Below are positions 39,174 through 58,329 of a stretch of 64,000 nucleotides of DNA, piece after piece. Where the stretch lies: assembly GCF_009914755.1 (NCBI RefSeq), contig NC_060930.1. One strand, 5' to 3'. The notes under the pieces are model-generated. The model had not been told where the DNA came from. It saw only the letters and a list, made by a program, of their open reading frames with translations, and did not search any database. Origin of the DNA: the human T2T-CHM13v2.0 reference genome, Homo sapiens. The number at the start of each line of letters is the position of its first letter. The first letter of the stretch is position 1. The translations under genes and the position numbers were made by a program.

Positions 39174-42100
39174 ATAGGAAACCAGTAGTTATGTCAGGTT
39201 GCTAAGTATTTTCCCACTGAAGGACAAATATTCTGGAGCAGTATATATTTAGCATTTGACATTTGATAAACAAGCTTGTTTGAGATATTTTCAATACAAT
39301 TTCAGCTTTGGCAATTGTAAGCAAAGGATCCAGTTGGTAATTGGTGAAATGAACAGATGTGGACACGCTGCCTGCATCGAGATGCATTAATTTTTCTGAA
39401 AAGTGGATAAGATCTTGTGAGAATGAATAATGGAATTCAAATCAGATGGGGTGAGATATTTGATATTCAGGAACAAATCACAGTATAATAGATCTGCTAC
39501 TTTGTTTGGTTTTAATGGGGAGTTGCTAATGCTGAAATATAGTCAGAGAAAAGGAACGTGGAATTTCTATAGAGGAGAGCCTGGCTCTGGGGTAATACTA
39601 CTGTCCTTGGTGGAATGTTGTCTTTTCTGAAGACACTGGTTCAATTCAATACATGAAACATTCATCGATTATTATTTAGAAAAGCTAATCTACTGACAAG
39701 ACACAGAGTTAAGTAGTGAAAATACAGAGACCTAGACACAGTTCTTATTAAGAAATTTTTTAATTTAGGTGGCATATTTCAGAGATAAATTCTCTGCTTG
39801 GGGCAATAGGTACCTCCTTTGGAATAAGCATGGTGAGAAAGAATTGCTTCTGGCAGATTAGTGAGAAGAGTGAGATATTTTCTTTCGATGACCTCTCTAT
39901 TAAAATTTGAGTGGTAAAACTTTGTGATGATTCAGGCTCTTCATAATTCTTAATTTTATCATCCTCTAATACCAGGACTTGCCCAGATCAATATTTTAGG
40001 AAACAGTCATGCTTGCTAAACCCAGGGATTTCTATTAACCACTAGATAAGACATAAGTTTGTCATGCAACAAGTATTTATTGAGTCCATAATTTGCCCAG
40101 CACTGGGCTTTGGTACTCTGGGCCTTGATACTCTAGGTTGTGTCAGAGATGTCTAATATATTTAAGGTGACAGAGTTCACAAATGAGACTTTATGAAAAT
40201 GAATATCCCTTTTTAAGTCTCGAGAAATATGATGTGCACCCGCTTGAGGCTTTATTAAATCTCCAGCGAGCATGAACTTGTTTGTGACCCAATTGTAGAA
40301 TTGTTGTATGATGACTATCCCACTGGCAGGCACTTCTTGTCCAAGAGAATGTAATTGGATGTTGGTGACTCAAGCAATCCTGGGAAGACTCCTCCATGAC
40401 CAAATTAAAGACAACAGGGGCTTGGTTTGTACTCAGCTCTACACCAATCAGCATGAGACAAAGAAGAGATCCATGGCAAAGTGGGGAGACTACTGTTTAT
40501 TTTACAAGCTAGAGAAGGAAAACTGCAGTTCCTGAGTTGCAAAACTGCTAAGAAATGGGAGAACACAGAACTTTACAGGCTGAACCTTGGTGTCTTAGTT
40601 ATTCCTCTTGGCTACAGAATGCCAACCAGTAGGAGATTCATCACTGAGATATTACAGGGAAATGAAGCCAGGCAAGAAAAATATGTATTCCCTTTCTTCT
40701 CAGCCCATAAATTTTGTTATTAATAAATCAGACTCTTATAGAACAGCTTGCCACGGCTGTCTCTAGAAATGTTTTTATTAGCAGAATTTTTATTAAAATA
40801 AAATACACAGTAGTTTTAAGAGTGAACATTATAGTTTTAGGTCATAAGGGGTGTCATGGAGAACACATGTGGATGCTACTTGCCAGTTACTTGATCTAGG
40901 CCTTGACTCTTGGTTTTCTGTTGCTCGGATAAGTTAGCATGATTTGACATGCAGTTAAAGGTGTGGTAACCTGTGATTGATTTCCCATTCTTGATGCTCC
41001 CTGCCTGGACTTCTCGGAAAATTTCAAAACAATTCATTCTTCTATGAGGGCTGCCTCCTTGGTTGCTTCGGCTAAACAGTGTTGAGCAACAAGTTGGGAA
41101 AGGAACGTTGCAGTAACTTTTAAAAATTAAGTTAGAAACAAATGTCATCAAAGTAAATGATAATTTGCCAATATGATTGAGCAAAAAGATGAAGATGCAC
41201 GCTCCCTACGTATTTGCTTTGCAGAAGAATTAATTTGAAAAATAATAACATATTTTAAAATGAATTGTAAATATAAACACATGCTAATTGCAGAGGGGAA
41301 TCCCTGTGATTATTCAGCAGTTTGTGTTTGTCAAGTGCTTTTCAGTCAGTCCATTCCAGCTCAGCAGGGCAGAGGCTTGGGCTGTTGTAAACTTGTGGGC
41401 AGATACCCAGTGATGGGGCAGACATGAGCAGGTAGGGCTGACAGCATGTGAATTGAGTTTTCTTCAGTCATGCTGTTGCAGCTGCTCCCTTCCCTCATTG
41501 CTGAGTTTGCCACAGCAGGTAGGAACCTAACTCTGGAGCCTGGGATGAAGGAGAACCCACATTGGGCTTGAGGAACAAGATCTGCCACCCTGGTAGGCCC
41601 TGGTTAAATCTCATGCAAGTGTAGCAATGAGAGAGGGTATGATTGAGTTCTAATTTAGGAGGAAAGGGGATAATGTGCCCTTTGCACCCCCAGGAGAAAT
41701 CATTGCTCATCTGTGCCTAAGTAGACTTATCAAGGGCAGTTGGTTCACAATGGTGTATCACCCCAAAGGACTATAGTGTTATGAGAACTTGCCAGTGTAT
41801 TTGAATTTGGGTGCTGGCAGATGACATCATGAGGTATTATGGTTACCCATAAATATGCTAGTTTATTGAGAAGGTGGTAGACATGCTAGTGGATGAGAGG
41901 GAAGGACAGAAGCAGTTAGTAAACAGCATCTGCAACAATTCAGTTAACTGGTGGTTGTCACAGTAGCATGGTGGAAAAGTTGGCAATTAATAACTTCTAA
42001 GAAAACTGAACTAATGAACCAATCCTGCGTGTGCTATGTGTATAACCTCCTTCTCACTATTAACAGATTTGTTCCAAACTTATATAAGACAATGAAAATA

Positions 42101-44225
42101 AAGCTTGGCAATATAGGGAAGGGATGGAGGGATAAAGCTGTAAATCACGTCACAGGCAAATTAAGATATACCACTGGATCAAGGGATTTAATGCAGAAAG
42201 ACTGATCCTAACTTATTTCTTTTATTTAGCAATAAGATTTGTTACTTACATTGATTATTTAAAATGAGTTGCATTATTAGAAAGGACTATTTTGAAGACA
42301 ACTATAATAAAATGTCAGTAACTGATAGTAGCCAAGATATTTTAAATATATCAAAGTTGTGTCATTAATATTAATGTGTCCCTTAATATGAAGTCCTGCC
42401 CAGGCTTATTTATGTATTCAACAGACACATACCTGTTGAAGTGTAACAGATATTCTGGACACAAGCAATGGTAAACAAGACAGATGCAGTCCCTGCTTTC
42501 ATGCAATTTGCAATTGAATGGTCTTTGACATTTTATTGTGATTGTTTTAGTTATTTAATTGGAGAAGTTTTTAATTTAAATTTGTGTTATGTTCAGTGTT
42601 AAGGAACAAAAATGTGATGTGCATTTCTGAGACTCAGTAACACTTCTGGTTTTTCCTTTTTCATTTAAAGAAAAATTTAGTGCCCAAGATAAGCTAGAAT
42701 TTTTGGAATCAAGTAATTGATGACCTGGGAGCCAATTTTATTACAATAGTGTTTTTAGTGGTCTTAGAACTTTTCAGAGGTGGTAGCTCTGAAAATAACA
42801 CTGTAATAAATTCACACATACATCTATCATCCAATAAATGTTAATTGAGGCCCACTACAGCATTGTGTTAGATTCTGAGGTTACAAATTGTTGACCCCAT
42901 GTCGAACATGTTGACCCCATCAATGTAATCAGTTTGACATTACACAGTCATTTAAACATTAAAGTGTCAGCGGATATTTTAGTTGTAATTTTGATAAGTG
43001 CTCTGAAGGAGAAAACAGTGGGTGTTGTGAAAAGCAGTATTTGGTTGATTGATTATTATAGAGGATCTGAGAAAACTTACTTGAGGAAGGAACATTTGGC
43101 TGAACTCAAAGAGATGAGTAGGAGTTAAGTAAGCAAGGAAGAAAAGAAGACACATGAAGGAGGAAGAATGTTCTAGAAACACACACACACAGGTATATGT
43201 ATATGTACATGTATATGTATATGCATATGTCTTCCTTAGAAACATATAAACAGCTGCAACATGATTGAACTTATTTACCCAATTACCAAAGCTTATTTTG
43301 CACCATGAAGGTGGAGATAAAGGCTTTTTAAGCAGCAAGGATAGAATCTTTGTAGTTTTTATTTATAGGCTGGTTCTTCTGACAACTTTAATTTTTCATC
43401 TTTACCAACTTCATGGTCTTCAGTACATACAATGCAATCATTATTATAAAATTATATTTTGACTCAAACTCTAAGGTAGGATGATTCAGCTGTGCGCCAT
43501 CAACATAGCAGCATGAATGGTAGAGACTAGTCATTCCAAACAGTGAAGGGGCAACGTAAAACTAATTTTAATATTATATGAAAGTACTTCTTGCCCTTGA
43601 CTGCTTTTTTTTTTTTTTGAAGAAAGCAAACTTTAAAAATTTATTTTAGATTTACAGAATTATTGCAAGGATAGTAAGAGAGTTCTCATATATGCCTCAC
43701 CCAGTTTCCTCTATTATCGACATCTTACATTATATGGTACATCTATCATAACTAATGAACCAATATTGTTTCATTATTAGTAACTAAATCTATACTTTAT
43801 TCAGATTTTCTAAGTTTTCCTCTAATGTTCTTTTTCTGTCCCAGGACCCCATCAGGATATGGTATGTATAGTTGTCATGTCTTCCCAGGCTCGCCATGGT
43901 TGTGACAGTTTCTGAGACTTTCATTGTTTTTGATACCCCAGGTAGTTTAGGCATTTTGTAGAATGCCTCCCAGTCTGAATTTGTCTGATGTTTTCCTCAT
44001 GGTTTGACTGGCTTTAATGTGTTTTGGGGAGGAAGACCACAGAGGTTAAGTGTGATTGTCATCACATCGTATCAAGGGTACATGCCATCAATATGACTTA
44101 TCACTGTTGATATTAACCTTGATCATCTGGCTTGAGATAGTATTTGTCAGGTTTCTGTATTATACAGTTACTCTTCTCCCTGTCCATACAGTACTTTTTG
44201 GAAGAAGCCATTTTGTGCAGCTCAT

Positions 44226-45636
44226 TTTTTTTTTAATTTTAATTTTAAGTTCTGGGGTACATGTGCAGCATGTGCATGTTTGTTACATAGTTAAACGTGT
44301 GCCATGGTGGTTTGCTGCACCCGTCAGCTCATCACCTAGGCATTAAAGCCAACATGCATTAGTTGTTTTTCCTAATGCTCTCCCTCCCCCAACCCCAATC
44401 TGACAGGTCCCAGTGTGTGTTGTTCCCCTCCCTGTGTCCATGTGTTCTCATTGTTCAGCTCCCACTTCTAAGTGAGAACATGTGGTGTTTGGGTCTCTGT
44501 TCCTGCATTAGTTTGCTGAGGATAATGGCTTCCAGCTCCATCCATGTCTCTGCAAAGGATTTGATATCCTTCCTTTTTATGGCTGCATAGTATTCCATGG
44601 GGTTTATGTACCACATTTTCTTTATCCAGTCTATCACTGATAGGCATTTGGTTTGATTCCATGCCTTTACTATTGTGAATAGTGCTGCAGTGAACATATG
44701 CATACATGTATCTTTGTAATAGAGTGATTTATATTTCACTGGGTATATACCCAGTAATGGGATTGCCAGGTTGAATGGTATTTCTAGTTCTAGATCTTTG
44801 AGGAATTGCTACACCATCTTCCTCAATGGTTGAACTAATTAATTTACATTCCGACCAACAGTGTAAAAGTGTTCCTATTTCTTTGCAACCTCGCCAGCAT
44901 CTGTTGTTTCTTGGCTTTTTAATGATCACCATTCTGACTGGTGTGAGATGGTATCTCATTGTGGTTTTGATTTGCATTTCTCTAATGATCAGTGATGTTG
45001 AGCTTTTTTCATATGTTCTTTGGCCTCATGAATGTCTTCTTTTGAAAAGTGTCTGTTCATGTCCTCTGCCAACTTTTTAATAGGGTTGTTTGTCTTTTCT
45101 TGCAAATTTGTCTAAGTTCCTTGTAGATTCTGGATATTAAACCTTTGTCAGATGGATAGATTGCAAAAAATTTCCCCCAGTCTGTAGGTTGCCTGTTTTC
45201 TCTGATGATTGTTTCTTTTGCTGTACAGAAGATCTTTAGTTTAATTAGATCCCATTTGTCAATTTTGGCTTTTTTTTGCAATTGCTTTTGGCAGTTTTGT
45301 CATGAAATCTTTGCCTGTGCCTATATATTTATTGCATAGATTTTCTTCTAGGGGACTTCAAACTATGCTACAAAACTTCAATAACCAAAACAGCATGGTA
45401 CTGGTACAAATACAGACACATAGACCAATGGAACAGAATAGAGAACTCAGAAATAAGACCACACATCTACAACGATTTGACCTTCGAGAAACATGACCAA
45501 AACAAGCAATGGGGAAAGGATTGCCTATTTAATAAATGGTGCTGGGAGAACTGGCTAGCCACATACAGAAAATTGAAACTGGACCCCTTCCTTACACCTT
45601 ATACAAAAATTAATTCAAGATGGATTAAAGACTTAA
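44226..45636 (-). mobile_element. L1PA8-like element with 5' inversion (twin priming)
   Basis: Antisense 3' part (44226-~45352) joined to a sense ORF2 piece (~45353-45636). TSD GTG(C/G)AGCTCAT at 44215-44225 and 45637-45647. Confidence 0.9.
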
Positions 45637-47354
45637 GTGGAGCTCATATTTAAGGAGTGAGAAGATATGCTCTACCTCTTTAAGGGTGGAGTAGCTCTAT
45701 AAATTATTTGGAAGTGTCTATTCTCCTCCATTAATTTATTTAGTCAACAATTAGTATCAGCCATCTAGAACCCATGAATATTTATGCTTTGGGTACAGTC
45801 CAATACTATTTTATTTTGTAGCTCATCTTGTTCCAGCTTTGGCCATTTGGAGATTTTTCAGTTGGCTCCTGTATCTCTTTGGCTTCTTACATATCATTGT
45901 AGGGTTTTTTAAAAGCCTTTTCTTACTTTCTGTCACTACAAGATAGTTCAGACTTATCTTCTGTATTTTTTGCCCCAGTTCTATGATCAGCCACTTCTCC
46001 AAGGAGCAATAATTTCCTTCAATGAAAACCAAGATATGGGCTGTTGGTGTACTTGTTGTTATTGTGTGTTGTTACTTCTAGATCCTCTAAGCTGATAGTG
46101 CAAAGAGATATATGTGTGTGTACCAACCTATATATCTACACACATATAAAAATATTTCTATTTGTAACCATCTGTATCTATCTTAGGCTAAACCTGAGTA
46201 CCTACTGATGTCTCCAATTCTAACCTGCAACAGCATGGAACATTCTAGCCTTCTCCTCTTACTTATCTGTCACTTCCTATACCAATAGTGAGAAACCTGG
46301 CTCCTACCATCTGCTATTTATTTACTTAATTATTTAATTCCACTATACTTCTATGGAAGTTTCAGAATTGTTAATCTGTACTCATGTACGAAACAACTTT
46401 ATCAACTAGAGTATAGTGTTTATATACAGTTCCTTTGCCTTTATTCTAACAGATTCCACTTACTCATTTTCCGAGTCACTTAGGTTAGCGCCTTATTTTC
46501 CTAAGTCCATTAGTGAGTTTGCTTCATGTATTTGTCATACATTTAAATTCTTTTGTAATATTGTGCATTCCATCCCAGTTTCCCCTGACATCCTAAATTA
46601 ACTTTTTAAGTTTGGATACATTGTGGTCTATTCTTTGTTCTGTAAAGCTTTATGGATTTTGACAAGTATTTAATGTATTGTATCACCATTATAGTAATAT
46701 AGTTCCTATGGAATAGAATAGTTTCTATCGCTGTAGCATAGAATAGTTTCTCTACTCTATAAAATATCCTGTGTTTCTCTAATTCAACCCCTCCTTCCCA
46801 CCTTGAACTCCTGAAAACCCCTGGTCTGTTTAATATCTTTCTTTTGTCTCTTCTAGAATATCATATAATTGAAATCATACAATATGTAGCTTTTTCAGAC
46901 TGGCTACTTTCACTTAGCAATATTCATGTAAGTTTCATCCATATATTTTCATGGCCTGATAGCTCATTTCTTTTTAATCACTGAATAATACTTTTATTTA
47001 TCCACTCACTGGTGAAGAATCTCTTGATTGCTTCTAAATTCATGGCAATTATGAATGAAACTGCTCTAAACATTTTTGTGCAGGTTTTTGTGTGCATGTG
47101 TATTTTCAAATTAGTTGGGTAAATATCTAGGAATTCAATTTCTGCATCATTGTGGTAATAATGTGTTTAGCTTCATAAGAAATTGCCAACCTATCTTCCA
47201 AAATAGCTGTACCATTTTGCATTCCCACCAGCAATGAATGAGAGTTCTTGATGCTCGACATCCTTGTCAGCATTTGATTTTTGTCAGTGTTTTGGATTTT
47301 AACTATTGTAATAGATGTGTAGTAGTGTTTGATTGTTTTAATTTGCAATTTCTT

Positions 47355-47643
47355 TTTCTTTTTTGAGATGGAGTCTCGCTCTGTCGCCCAGGCTGGAGTG
47401 CAGTGGCACGATCTTCGCTCATTGCAACCTCTGCCTCCTGGGTTCAAGCAATTCTCTGCCTCAAGCTCCCAAGTACCTGGGATTACAGGCGCCTGCCACC
47501 ATACCCGGCTAATTGTTGTATTTTTAGTAGAGATGGGGTTTCACCATATTGGCCAGGCTGGTCTTGAACTCCTGACCTTGTGATCCACCCGCCCTGGCCT
47601 CCCAAAGTGCTGGGATTACAGACATAAGCCACAGCGTCCGGCC
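47355..47643 (-). mobile_element. AluS
   Basis: TSD TGCAATTTCTT at 47344-47354 and 47644-47654. Confidence 0.92.
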
Positions 47644-47706
47644 TGCAATTTCTTAATGACAAAAAATATTGAGGATATTTTCACATACTTTTTTTGCCAA
47701 CTGTAT

Positions 47707-48958
<1,252 letters not shown>

Positions 48959-50880
48959 ATTGGGTTTTTGTTTTCTTTTTGTTGAGTTTGAGGAGTTTTT
49001 TTGTATATTTTGATTACAAGTCTTTTATCAGCCATGTGTTTCACAAATAATTTCTCCCAGTTTGTGGCTTATCTTTTCACTCTCTTAATTGTTTTTTTCA
49101 AAGTAGAAATTTAAATTTTAATGAAGCCCAATTTATTAATTTTTTTCTTCCATATTGTGCTATTGGTGTTGTATATAAAAACTTACTACCAAATTCAATA
49201 TCATATAGAATTTTTTCTGTTTTCTTCAAGAAGTAGTTTTATAATTTTGCATTATATGTTTAGATCAATGATTCACCTTAAGTTTTGTTTAAGGTGTAAG
49301 GTTTGTGTATAAGTTTTTCTTTTTCCACATCGATGTCCAGTTGCTTCAGCAACATTTTCTTTTTATATATATCTTAAGGGTAATCAGCGCAATATTTTCT
49401 GAAAAGATGACCTTTTTCTCATTTAATTGGCTCTTCTTTGTCAAAGATCAGTTGACCTTATTTGTGTGGATCTATTTCTGGACTTCTTACTCTGTTTCAC
49501 TAGTCCATCTGTTTATACTTTAACCAGTACCATACTGCCTTTATTACTGTAGCCTTTATGGTAAGTCTTGAAATGAAATAGTGCAAGTGCTCCACCTTCT
49601 TCAGAATTTTGTTCTTCTTCAGTATTAAAGGCTATTCTAGGTCTTTTGCCCTTCTTTAAACATGTTGGAATCAATTGTCAATATCTACAAAATAGATTAT
49701 TGGGATTTGGATTTAGATTACTCTGAATCTGTTAATTAAGTTGGGAAGAATTGACATTTTATCAATATTGAATAATATGAACATGTAATAATATTGAACT
49801 TTCAATCTCTATTATCTCTTCATCATTTTAAGATCTTCTTTCATTTTTCATTGTTTTATAGATTTTTACATATAGGCCTTGTACATACTTTGTTAATTTA
49901 TATCTTAGTATTGAATGTACTATTATAAATGGTATTTTCTAAACTTTGAATTCCTGTTATTCATGATGATATGTAGGAAAGAAATTGACTTTTGTATATT
50001 GACATTAGATCCTTTAACCGTGGCATCATTACTTATTAGTTCCAGGGGAGATTTTGTTGTTGTTGTTGATTCATTGGAATTTTCTGCATAGATAATCATG
50101 CCATCTGTGAATAAAGATGTTTTATTTCTTCCTTCCCAATCTATATATCTTTTATTTCTTTTTTTGCCTTATTGCACTTGCTGGTATTTCTAGCATAATG
50201 TATAATAGGAGGAATGAGATAAGATATCTTAGAATTATCCTCATCTTCAGGGGAAAGTGGTTAGTTTTTTGTCATTAAGAATAATGTTAGCTATTGTTTT
50301 TTTAAATTTCCTATATGAAATTGAGGAAATTTCTGTCTATTCTGAATTTGCTGAGTTTTTAATCATAAATAGCTGTTGAATTTTGTCAAATAGTTTTCCT
50401 GTGTCAATTAATATGATCATATGACTTTTCCCGTTTTCACTGTTAATGTGGCAGATTATATTGATTTATTTTCAAATGTTGAATTTGCCATCAGACATGG
50501 AATAAATCCCATTTGTTCATGATGTATAATTTATTTTATGCATCGTTTGTTCTGTCTTGCTAACATTTTGTTGAGATTTTGTGCCAGTGCTCAGGAGAGA
50601 TATTGGTCTCTAGTTTTACTTTCTTATAATATCTTTATCTGATTTGGGTATTAGGATAATTCTAGACTCAGAATGAGTTAGGATGTGTTTTCTCTGCCTG
50701 TTTACTAACAGAGATTGTAGAGAATTGGCACAATTTCTTTCTTGAAGATTTGTTAGAAGTAATCTTGCCACCACCTGAGCCAGATGATTTCTTTAGAAGG
50801 TAATTAGTTATTGAATCAATATATTTAATATATATAGAGATATTTAGGCTATTTATTTCTCCATGTGTGAGTTTTGGTAG

Positions 50881-51337
<457 letters not shown>

Positions 51338-51465
51338 TCTTTTTCTTAATTAGCCTGAATAGAAGTTTATCAATTTTATTGCTCTTTTAAAATAACCAGT
51401 TTTTGTTTCACTGAGTTTCTTTATCATGTTTCTGTTTTCAATTTTATTGGCATCTGCTCTAATTT

Positions 51466-51887
51466 CAGATGCTCCTTGACTTATGATGGGGTTGTGTCCC
51501 AGTACATCCACTGTAATTTGAAAATATCATAAGTCTTTTGACTTATGTAATGCATCTAACCTACCAAACATTATCGCTTAGCCTAACCTCCCTTAAATGT
51601 GCTCAGAACACATACATTAGCCTACAGTTGAGCAAAATGATCTGGCAACAAAACACACTATAGAGTATTGATGGTTTACCCCGATGATCACATAGCTGAC
51701 TGAGAGCTGCGGCTTGCTGCTGCTGCCCAGCATTAAGTGAGAGTATTGTTCCATATATTGCTAGCACAGAAGATCTAAATTGAAAATTCAAAATACAGTT
51801 TCTACTGAATGCATGCATATTACTTTTGCACCATTGTGAAGTCAAAAAAAATAATAAATCAAACCATCTTAAGTTGGGAACTGTCTA
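51466..51887 (+). mobile_element. MER47B (TcMar-Tigger)
   Basis: Termini CAGATGCTCCTTGACTTATGATGG ... CCATCTTAAGTTGGGAACTGTCT, with MER47B-like interior. Confidence 0.8.
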
Positions 51888-52781
51888 TATTATTCTTTCT
51901 CTTCTGCTTGCTTTAAGCTTATCTAGTTTTTTTCTTCTCTAGTTTCCTTAGGTGGTGGCTTAGGTTGGTTATTGATATTATATATTTTTCTTATCTAATA
52001 TATTTACTTAATGCTATGAATTTTTCTCTAAGCACTGCTTTTCCTGCATCCCACAAATTTTGATGTTCTATTTTTATCTTCATTTAGCTCAAAATAGTTT
52101 ACCATTTATTTTGAGGCTTTTTCTTTGACTCATACGTTCTTTAAAAGTGTGTTGTTCAATCTCTAAATATTTCGATATTTTCCAGCTATCTTTCTGTTGA
52201 TTTCTAATTTATTTCCAATTTGGTGTGAGAGCCTACTTTGTACACTTTCTGTTCTTTTAAATTTGTTAAGGGTGTTTTGTGACCCAGAATGTGGTCTATC
52301 TTGGTGCGTATTCCATCAGAACTTGAGAAGAATGTGTATTAAGTTGTGGTTTGATGGAGTATTCTATAAATATTAATTAGACCATGTTGATTCATCATAC
52401 CGTTTAGGTCAACTATATCTGTATTAATTTTCTGCCTGCTTGCACTAGCAATTACTGACAGCGGAATGGTGAGGTTTCTAAGTATAATAATGGTTTGGGC
52501 TTGTCTATTTCCCCTTTTAGTTTCAATCATTTTGCTTCATGTGTTTTGATTCACTTTTGTTAGGTATACACATATATACACATATTTATGATTGTTGTAT
52601 CATCTTGAACAACTGACCCCTTTATCATCATCTTTATCCTTGGTACTTTTCCTTCTTTGGTAGTCTGCTTTGCATGAAATTAATATAGCCACTCCAGCTT
52701 TATTTTTGTGAATGTTAGCATGGTGTATCTTTCTCCATTCCTTTACTTTTAACATATCAGAGTTATTACATTTAAAGTGGG

Positions 52782-53057
52782 CATTATTACTAGGATAAAT
52801 ACCAAATAAAGTATTTTGCATGCTGGGCTTAAAACCTAGATGACAGGTTAATAGGTGCAGCAAACCACCATGGCACATGTATACTTATGGAACAAAACTG
52901 CACATTCTGCACATGTATCCCAGAATTTAAAGTAAAATAAAAAATAAATAAATAAAAATTAAAAAGTAAAAATAAATTAGCTGGGTGTGGAGGCAGCCAC
53001 CTGTAGTCCCAGCTACTCAGGAGGCTGAGGCAGGAGAATCAAAATAAATAAATCAAT
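52782..53057 (+). mobile_element. Composite: L1PA8-like 3' terminus + A-tail + 66-bp Alu internal fragment + second A-rich tail
   Basis: Flanked by AAGTGGG at 52775-52781 and 53058-53064. The host L1 resumes afterwards. Confidence 0.75.
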
Positions 53058-53315
53058 AAGTGGGGCTTTTTGTAGACAACATATAGTTTGGTCTTTCTTA
53101 AAATTCAATCTGACAATTTCCATCTTTTAACTGGTATATTTAAACAATTTATATTTAAAGCAAGTATTGATATATTTGAATAAAAATAAACCTGTGTTTA
53201 TTAACTATTTCATATTTGTTGCCAAACGCTTCTTTTTGGTCTTTCGTAGTTTTATTTGAGCAATGTATGTAATACCATTTTATCTTTTCTCTTAGAGTAT
53301 TAACTATACTTCTTT

Positions 53316-53670
<355 letters not shown>

Positions 53671-54780
53671 TAAGTATTCTAAATACACCTTCAAATAACA
53701 CTATTCCTTTTTACATGAAATATAGGGATATTATAACATAGTATTCTCAATTCCTCCCTACTGTCCCTTGTGACATAGCTGTCATTTATTTCATTTCACT
53801 TACCTATATACTATAATCACCTATACATTGCTGCTATTATGATTTTAAACAGGCAGTTATTGTTTACGTCAATTAAGAATTTAGAAAGAATTTAGAATCC
53901 TGTGTAAAATAAATTTCCTTTTATTTTACCTTAATTCATGCATTCTCTGATTATCTTCCATGCTTTATGTAGATCCAAGTTTCTGACTTATATCACCTTC
54001 CTCTTGCTTGAAGAACATCTTTTAACATATTCTGCAGGGCAAGTCAGCTGGTGATGAATTCTCTGAATTTTTGTCTGATTTTTTTTTAATATTTCCTTCA
54101 CTTTTGAAGGATAATTTCCCTGCATCTAGAATTCTAAATTGGTCACTTTTTTCAACATTTTATATATTTTACTTCACTTTCTTTATTAATGTACGGTTTC
54201 TGAAGAGAAATCTGCTGTATTTCATCCTGTTCTCTATGGTTAGGTGCTTCCCTGCCCTGGCTCTGGCTTTTTCAAGATTTTCTCCCTGTCTTTGGTTTTT
54301 CTACAGTTTGAATACAATATGCCTAGGTGTTGTTTGTTTTGTTTTTTTGTAAGGAGTGGCATGTATTTATCTTCTTGATACTCCCTGAGCTTCCTGGATC
54401 TGTGGTTTGGTGTCTGTCATTAATTTTGAAAAGTTCTCAGCCATTACTACCTCAAATATTTCTTCTTCGCCTTTCTTTTTTTTTCTTTCTGGTATTCCAA
54501 TTATGCATATGCTTGTTATACCTTTTGCTTTTTCATTCTTTTGATTCTTTACATTTCAGTTGGGGACGTTTCTGTTGACTTATCTTTCAGCTCACTGATT
54601 ATTTCCTTGGCCGTGTTGAATCAATTGATTAGTCCTCAAAGACATTTTTCATTTCTGTTACACCATTTTTACATTTCTAGCATTTGCTTTTGATTCTTTC
54701 TTAAAATTTCTATCTTTCTGCTTATATTACCCATCTTTTATTGTATGTTGTCTTCTTTTTCCATTAGAGCCCTCAAACTC

Positions 54781-57064
<2,284 letters not shown>

Positions 57065-57099
57065 TCAAATTCCTAATCACAATTGTTTATCTCTTTCCT

Positions 57100-57785
57100 G
57101 ACATTCCACATCCAATCCATCAGCATGTCTTATTGGCTTTACTTTCAAAATAAATTAAACTCAGCCACTTCTCAGCATTTTTAAAATCACCCTAATACAA
57201 ACCCCCTGCTACCTCATCAACTGCAATGGCTTCCTAACTTATTTTGTAACTTTTGATCTTTGAGTTCTTCCAAGAGCCAAGAGTTCTTCCAAAGCTATAA
57301 ACCCTATCATTGGCACTCCTCTGCTCTATGGAAAGCAGTGGCTTCTCATCTCTTTCAGAGTATAATGCAAAGCTCTCACCTTAGCTGGCATGGCCCTGTG
57401 GGATTGGCCTCCCTTGTCTTACTTTTTCCTTGTTCAGGCTGCTGTGACCTCTCTGGTCTTTGGCTCTTACTAGAAACCTTTGAACCCGTTTCCTTCCCAG
57501 TGTCAGTATTTGTGTGTTGTTCGTTCACCCTTCTCACTTCATTCTGGTTTCTACAGCACAGAGAAGTAGTAGTCCCTGATCTAAACACCCTCTCCACCTG
57601 CTTTCCACTTTGTTTTTTCCCCTAGCACTTACCATTATCAGATATCATATATTTATTTGTTTATTGTCTAACTTCCTCACAAAAATATGACGTTGTGAGG
57701 ATAGGGATTTGGCTTTTTGCCCCAGAGCAGTGCCTGACTCTCAATAACTTTGTTGTATTAAGTGAATGAATAAAATAAAATTAAA
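57100..57785 (+). mobile_element. LINE-2 3' end
   Basis: CCACATCCAATCCATCAGCA...; ends in GTGAATGAATAAA. Confidence 0.65.
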
Positions 57786-58329
57786 ATTGATTCAAAGTGT
57801 ATGAGCATGTGTACATTTTACATAAGTGATACATGACATTCTTCCATTCCTTGGGGGCTCTTTTAACCATTCTCAACCAGTTGTAGTACCTTTAAAAAAT
57901 CATGATGAAGATGATTTTGAGAGCTAATTTTGGTAGGAGACAGCAGTTTTAGCCTGTCCGCTCCATGTGCAGAATAATAGCCTATTTTATTACATCTGAT
58001 ATTCAAGCACTAGAATCTATCAATAGGTAAATAATTTCCAAAAATAAAAGCATCAGTGGGAAAACAGGGAAATTATTTTTAAAAAAGAATTTCTAGACCA
58101 GGATGTGTGCAATTTGTAATCTCTAATAAGAAACGTTATAGCTGATAATTCCAGCAATTACAGAATCATGATCATATCCATAATGGATCAGTAGAGGCTC
58201 TGGCTTATATAATAGCTTGCCCTCTCAGGATTCTAGAGCCCCATATGTAAACACAGAACACATTTATATTGATTGACAGTGCATGTAGGTTTCTACAGAT
58301 TGTGCCAGTCAGTGTTTTCTAAGGCAGTT

